A stretch of DNA of 64,000 bases from an uncultured Fibrobacterota bacterium (lineage in GTDB: Bacteria > Fibrobacterota > Chitinivibrionia > Chitinivibrionales > FEN-1185), in assembly GCA_963753345.1 (NCBI GenBank), contig CAVWBU010000021.1:192001-256000 (forward strand), given 5' to 3'. Below the pieces are notes generated by a model. That model ran no database searches, was not told the DNA's origin, and saw nothing but the letters and a program-made list of their open reading frames with translations. Shown here piece after piece: positions 60,252-64,000 of the stretch. The first letter of the stretch is position 1, and every line of letters starts with the position of its first letter. The position numbers and the translations under genes were made by a program.

Positions 60252-61589
60252 ATGACCACAAAAAGCTGGATTCTGGCCGGGTGTGTTGCGGCCGTGGTGA
60301 TTGGGGCGGGCGGATTCTTCTACTTTTCAAAAGGGAAACAGCCGGTTTCCTACCGCACCGCGGCGGTGACGCGGGGCGATCTCAAGGTGCAGGTGACCGC
60401 GACCGGGTCGCTCAATTCCTTTCTCACAGTGCAGGTGGGCACCCAGGTGAGCGGCACCGTTGCCCGCCTTTTTGTTGATTTCAACTCACGCGTGAAGAAG
60501 GGCCAGATTGTCGCGCTGCTCGACACCATGCTCCTGCATGCGGCCGTTGTCGACGCGCGCGCTTCCCTCGTCAAGGCCGATGCGCAGCTGACCCTGTCGG
60601 CGCAGAATTGCGCGAGGACGCGGGCGCTTTTCGCGAAAGGACTTGTCGCGCAGGCCGACCTCGATGCCGCGGTTTCCGACTCCGCAAGCTCGGCCTCGGC
60701 CAAAGCCTCGGCCAAAGCAGCGCTCGACCGCGCGGTCATCAACCTCAATTACGCGACGATCACCTCGCCCATCACCGGTGTGGTGATCAACCGCGCGGTG
60801 GATGTTGGTCAAACGGTGGCCGCGAGCTTCAACACGCCCACGATATTCACCATTGCCGACGATCTCACCAAGATGCAGGTGCAGGCGAGCATCGACGAGG
60901 CGGACATCGGCCAGGTGAAGGTGGGCCAGGTGGCGAACTTCACCGTGGACGCCTATCCGGCGCGCACCTTTGTCGGCACCGTGTCGCAGATACGGCTGCA
61001 GCCCACCACGGTGCAGAACGTGGTGACCTACACGGTGATGATCGATGTTGACAACAAGGACATGGCGCTGCTGCCGGGCATGACCGCCAATGTCACCATC
61101 GATGTGCAGAAGGCGGACAGCGTCCTCCAGGTCCCTGTTGCGGCACTCAAATTCACTCCTCCCATGGCGCAGGGCGGCAAATGGCGAAGACAAGGCGCAG
61201 CGGGCGGCGACTCCAGCCGCGCGGGCAGGCAATGGTCGGGCGCGCCGCACGACACCGGTGCCCAGGGGTACCACGGCGGAGGATGGGGCGGCGACACAAC
61301 GCAACGACGCCACGGGCAATGGGCGTCGGCCGGCGCGGGCGACACCGCGCATGGGCACGGGCAATGGAAGGGCCAGGCCGGTGAAGACAAGGGACATGTA
61401 TTCCTGCTCGTTGAAGGAAAACCGAAATTCGTAAGAGTAAAGACAGGACTTTCGAACGGTGGATTCACGGCCGTGGAAGGGGATTTGCAGCCGGGCGACC
61501 AAGTGATCGTGGGAATCCTGACAAGCAAGGCCCCTGCCCAGGCGGTGCCGCTCACCGGCGGCGGCGCGCCGGGAATGAGGCGGTTCTAA
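60252..61589 (+). CDS. MacA-like periplasmic adaptor
   Basis: VQVGTQVSG, SPITGVV, GQTVAAS, DEADIG, NVVTY. Confidence 0.9.
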   Translation: MTTKSWILAGCVAAVVIGAGGFFYFSKGKQPVSYRTAAVTRGDLKVQVTATGSLNSFLTVQVGTQVSGTVARLFVDFNSRVKKGQIVALLDTMLLHAAVVDARASLVKADAQLTLSAQNCARTRALFAKGLVAQADLDAAVSDSASSASAKASAKAALDRAVINLNYATITSPITGVVINRAVDVGQTVAASFNTPTIFTIADDLTKMQVQASIDEADIGQVKVGQVANFTVDAYPARTFVGTVSQIRLQPTTVQNVVTYTVMIDVDNKDMALLPGMTANVTIDVQKADSVLQVPVAALKFTPPMAQGGKWRRQGAAGGDSSRAGRQWSGAPHDTGAQGYHGGGWGGDTTQRRHGQWASAGAGDTAHGHGQWKGQAGEDKGHVFLLVEGKPKFVRVKTGLSNGGFTAVEGDLQPGDQVIVGILTSKAPAQAVPLTGGGAPGMRRF

Positions 61590-61737
61590 AAGAAATGTAG
61601 ATTGTAGATTGACGATTGCAGATTTCAAAAAAAATGGCCTCCAACTAATGACCAATGACCAATGACCAACAACCCTTTGTTCGCGGTGACAGAGTCAAAC
61701 GTGCTTGTCAATTTGTAATGTGCAACTCGGAATTACC

Positions 61738-62478
61738 ATGACACCGGCAATGATCACCCTCCGCGGTATCTCCAAGGCCTACTCCATGGGCGACAGCACG
61801 CTCTGGGCGCTGGACAAGGTCGATCTGGACATTCACAAAGGGGAATTTGTTGCCATCATGGGCGCGAGCGGCTCGGGCAAGTCCACGCTCATGAACATCC
61901 TCGGCTGCCTCGACGTGCCCACGAACGGGGTGTATTCCCTTGACGGCACGGAAGTCCAGAAAATGTCGCGCAACGAGCTTGCGGTGCTCCGCAACCGCAA
62001 ACTCGGGTTCGTGTTCCAGTCGTTCAACCTGCTGCCGCGCACCGCGGCCATCGAGAATGTGGAACTGCCCATGCTCTACAACCACACCGTGTCGCCGCGC
62101 GAGTCCCGGCACCGGGCGCTGGCCGCCCTTGACGCGGTGGGACTCAAGGACCGTGCCCACCATTATTCGAACCAGCTCTCCGGCGGCCAGCAGCAGCGCG
62201 TGGCCATCGCACGCTCCATTGTCAACGACCCGGTGCTGATGCTCGCCGACGAACCCACCGGCAACCTCGACACGCGCACGAGCGTGGAGGTGATGGCGGT
62301 GTTCCAAGGTCTCAACAGTCGCGGCATTACCGTAGTGCTGGTGACGCACGAACAGGACATCGCGCAATATACAAAAAGGAACGTGGTGTTCCGCGACGGC
62401 AAAATCCTGTCCGACACACCGGTTGCAGCGCCGAGAAGTGCCGCATCCGAGCTTGCGGCCATTAAGGCAAGGAGTTGA
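61738..62478 (+). CDS. MacB-type ABC ATPase
   Basis: [26 protein letters not shown]. Confidence 0.92.
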   Translation: MTPAMITLRGISKAYSMGDSTLWALDKVDLDIHKGEFVAIMGASGSGKSTLMNILGCLDVPTNGVYSLDGTEVQKMSRNELAVLRNRKLGFVFQSFNLLPRTAAIENVELPMLYNHTVSPRESRHRALAALDAVGLKDRAHHYSNQLSGGQQQRVAIARSIVNDPVLMLADEPTGNLDTRTSVEVMAVFQGLNSRGITVVLVTHEQDIAQYTKRNVVFRDGKILSDTPVAAPRSAASELAAIKARS

Positions 62479-62482
62479 CACA

Positions 62483-63703
62483 ATGCGGCTTCTCAGCATT
62501 CTGCGCATGGCGCTCCGCTCCATCAACCGGAACAAGATGCGGTCGTTCCTCACCATGCTCGGCATCGTGATCGGCGTGGCTGCGGTGATCGCCATGCTCG
62601 CCATAGGCCAGGGCGCGCGCAACGCGATCAATTCCCAGATAGCAAGCCTCGGCACCAACCTGCTCATGATCTTCCCCGGTGCCTTTACGGCAGGCGGCGT
62701 GCGCTCCGAGGCAGGCACGGCGTCGCGGCTGTCCGAAGACGACGCCAACGCCATCAAGGCGCAGTGCCCGGCCGTCATGTATTCGACGCCCATGGCGCGC
62801 ACGAGCTCGCAGGTGAAGGCCGGCGGCCAGAACTGGCGGACCTCCATTTTCGGCGCCTATCCCAACTATCTCGGAATCCGCGACTGGGACTTGGCGAGCG
62901 GGAACATGTTCACGGATGCGGACGAGCGCGGCGCGAACAAAGTGTGCGTGCTGGGCCAGACCGTGATCACCAACATCTTCGGCCAGGGGGCCAACGCCGT
63001 GGGGCAGATCATCCGGATCAAGAACCTGCCGTTCATGGTGGTGGGAACGCTCATTGCCAAAGGGCAAAACGCAGGCGGAATGGATCAGGACGATTGCGTT
63101 ATTGCACCGTACTCAACGGTTCAGAAGAAATTGATCGGCTCCACCTACGCGGGAAATCTGATGGCCTCTGCGGTCACGGTCGAGGCCACCGAGGAGGCGC
63201 GCCAGGAAATCAACCAAACGCTCATGAACCGGAGAAAAGGGAGCCAGGGCGACGGCTACGACTACACCATCCGCACCCAGACCGACATCAGCAACGCGGC
63301 GAACCAGACCGCGCAGACGTTAAGCATCCTCCTTGCCAGCATCGCGCTCGTGTCCCTGCTCGTGGGCGGCATCGGGATCATGAACATCATGCTCGTGTCG
63401 GTAACCGAGCGCACGCGCGAGATAGGGATCCGCATGGCCGTGGGCGCGAAGGGAAGCGACGTGCTCCTCCAGTTCCTCGTGGAGGCCCTGGTGCTCAGTT
63501 TCATGGGCGGCATCATCGGCATGATCGGCGGCGCGGGCGCGTCGTGGGTTATTTCCAAAAGTCAAGGATGGCCCATCGCCATCTCCGGCTGGTCGCTGCT
63601 GCTCGGGTTCGGCTTTTCGGCCGCGACCGGCATCTTCTTCGGCTGGTATCCGGCGAGCAAGGCGGCGCAGTTGAATCCGATAGATGCGCTGAGATATGAG
63701 TAA
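62483..63703 (+). CDS. MacB-type ABC permease
   Basis: [42 protein letters not shown]. Confidence 0.92.
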   Translation: MRLLSILRMALRSINRNKMRSFLTMLGIVIGVAAVIAMLAIGQGARNAINSQIASLGTNLLMIFPGAFTAGGVRSEAGTASRLSEDDANAIKAQCPAVMYSTPMARTSSQVKAGGQNWRTSIFGAYPNYLGIRDWDLASGNMFTDADERGANKVCVLGQTVITNIFGQGANAVGQIIRIKNLPFMVVGTLIAKGQNAGGMDQDDCVIAPYSTVQKKLIGSTYAGNLMASAVTVEATEEARQEINQTLMNRRKGSQGDGYDYTIRTQTDISNAANQTAQTLSILLASIALVSLLVGGIGIMNIMLVSVTERTREIGIRMAVGAKGSDVLLQFLVEALVLSFMGGIIGMIGGAGASWVISKSQGWPIAISGWSLLLGFGFSAATGIFFGWYPASKAAQLNPIDALRYE

Positions 63704-63751
63704 TTCTTCTTTTCCACATTTCTTACAATAATCCATAAAAAACTTTTTGGT

Positions 63752-63965
63752 GGGGGAGGTATCCCCCTCGCTGCGGCCCGGCCGCGCCGCCTTGCAAACC
63801 GGTAATCCGAATCTGCGCGTTCGGTCCTTCGCTACCCCCTCTTGGGTGGCCCCCAAGTGGGAGCAGCAGTAAAACCACACTTCTGTGTGGGGGCACCCGT
63901 GGAGAGCAGTTGAAAAGAAAAAGTGTTGAAACGTTGAAAAGTTGAAGCGTTGAAAAGTGGAAAAT
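63752..63965 (+). repeat. Module A followed by GTTGAAA(A/C) octamer run
   Basis: Closely similar to 51954-52140. Confidence 0.85.
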
Positions 63966-64000
63966 GCAAAGAAGAAGCGCTGACTCATTTGTTGTGGATA

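Noticed and set aside
1-64000. Intact transposase, integrase, prophage or rRNA
   Set aside because: No recognisable DDE, tyrosine/serine recombinase, RAYT, phage or rRNA sequence in the window

Overview
GC-rich bacterial chromosome segment. The four secreted proteins with T9SS/FlgD-like C-terminal tails suggest an FCB-group, probably Fibrobacterota/Chitinivibrionia-like, organism (inference). Housekeeping genes include a PreP/M16C peptidase, alaA, tRNA-Ser, selD, kdsB, pilM, rsmD, coaD, a rhomboid protease and two TolC/MFP/ABC exporters. They are interleaved with accessory genes. Main highlights: (1) a compact minus-strand type II FAS/PKS-like cluster at 14.2-23.1 kb (two B12-type radical SAMs, FabG, KS, catalytically dead KS/CLF, ACP, LpxL-like acyltransferase, phytoene-desaturase-like flavoenzyme), reminiscent of 'ladderane-like' clusters, with a divergent EXPERA-SDR-DUF1295 operon nearby; (2) a very dense, modular family of structured intergenic repeats (about 25 modules, with compensatory stem changes). 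These pair into ~400-450 bp composites, sit inside operons, flank one gene as inverted repeats and lie next to a decapitated TetR gene; (3) a small integrase-less islet at tRNA-Ser and a decayed attC-like/toxin-antitoxin region. Four single-base insertions split two genes and may be long-read errors. All calls are by eye from motifs; no searches were run.
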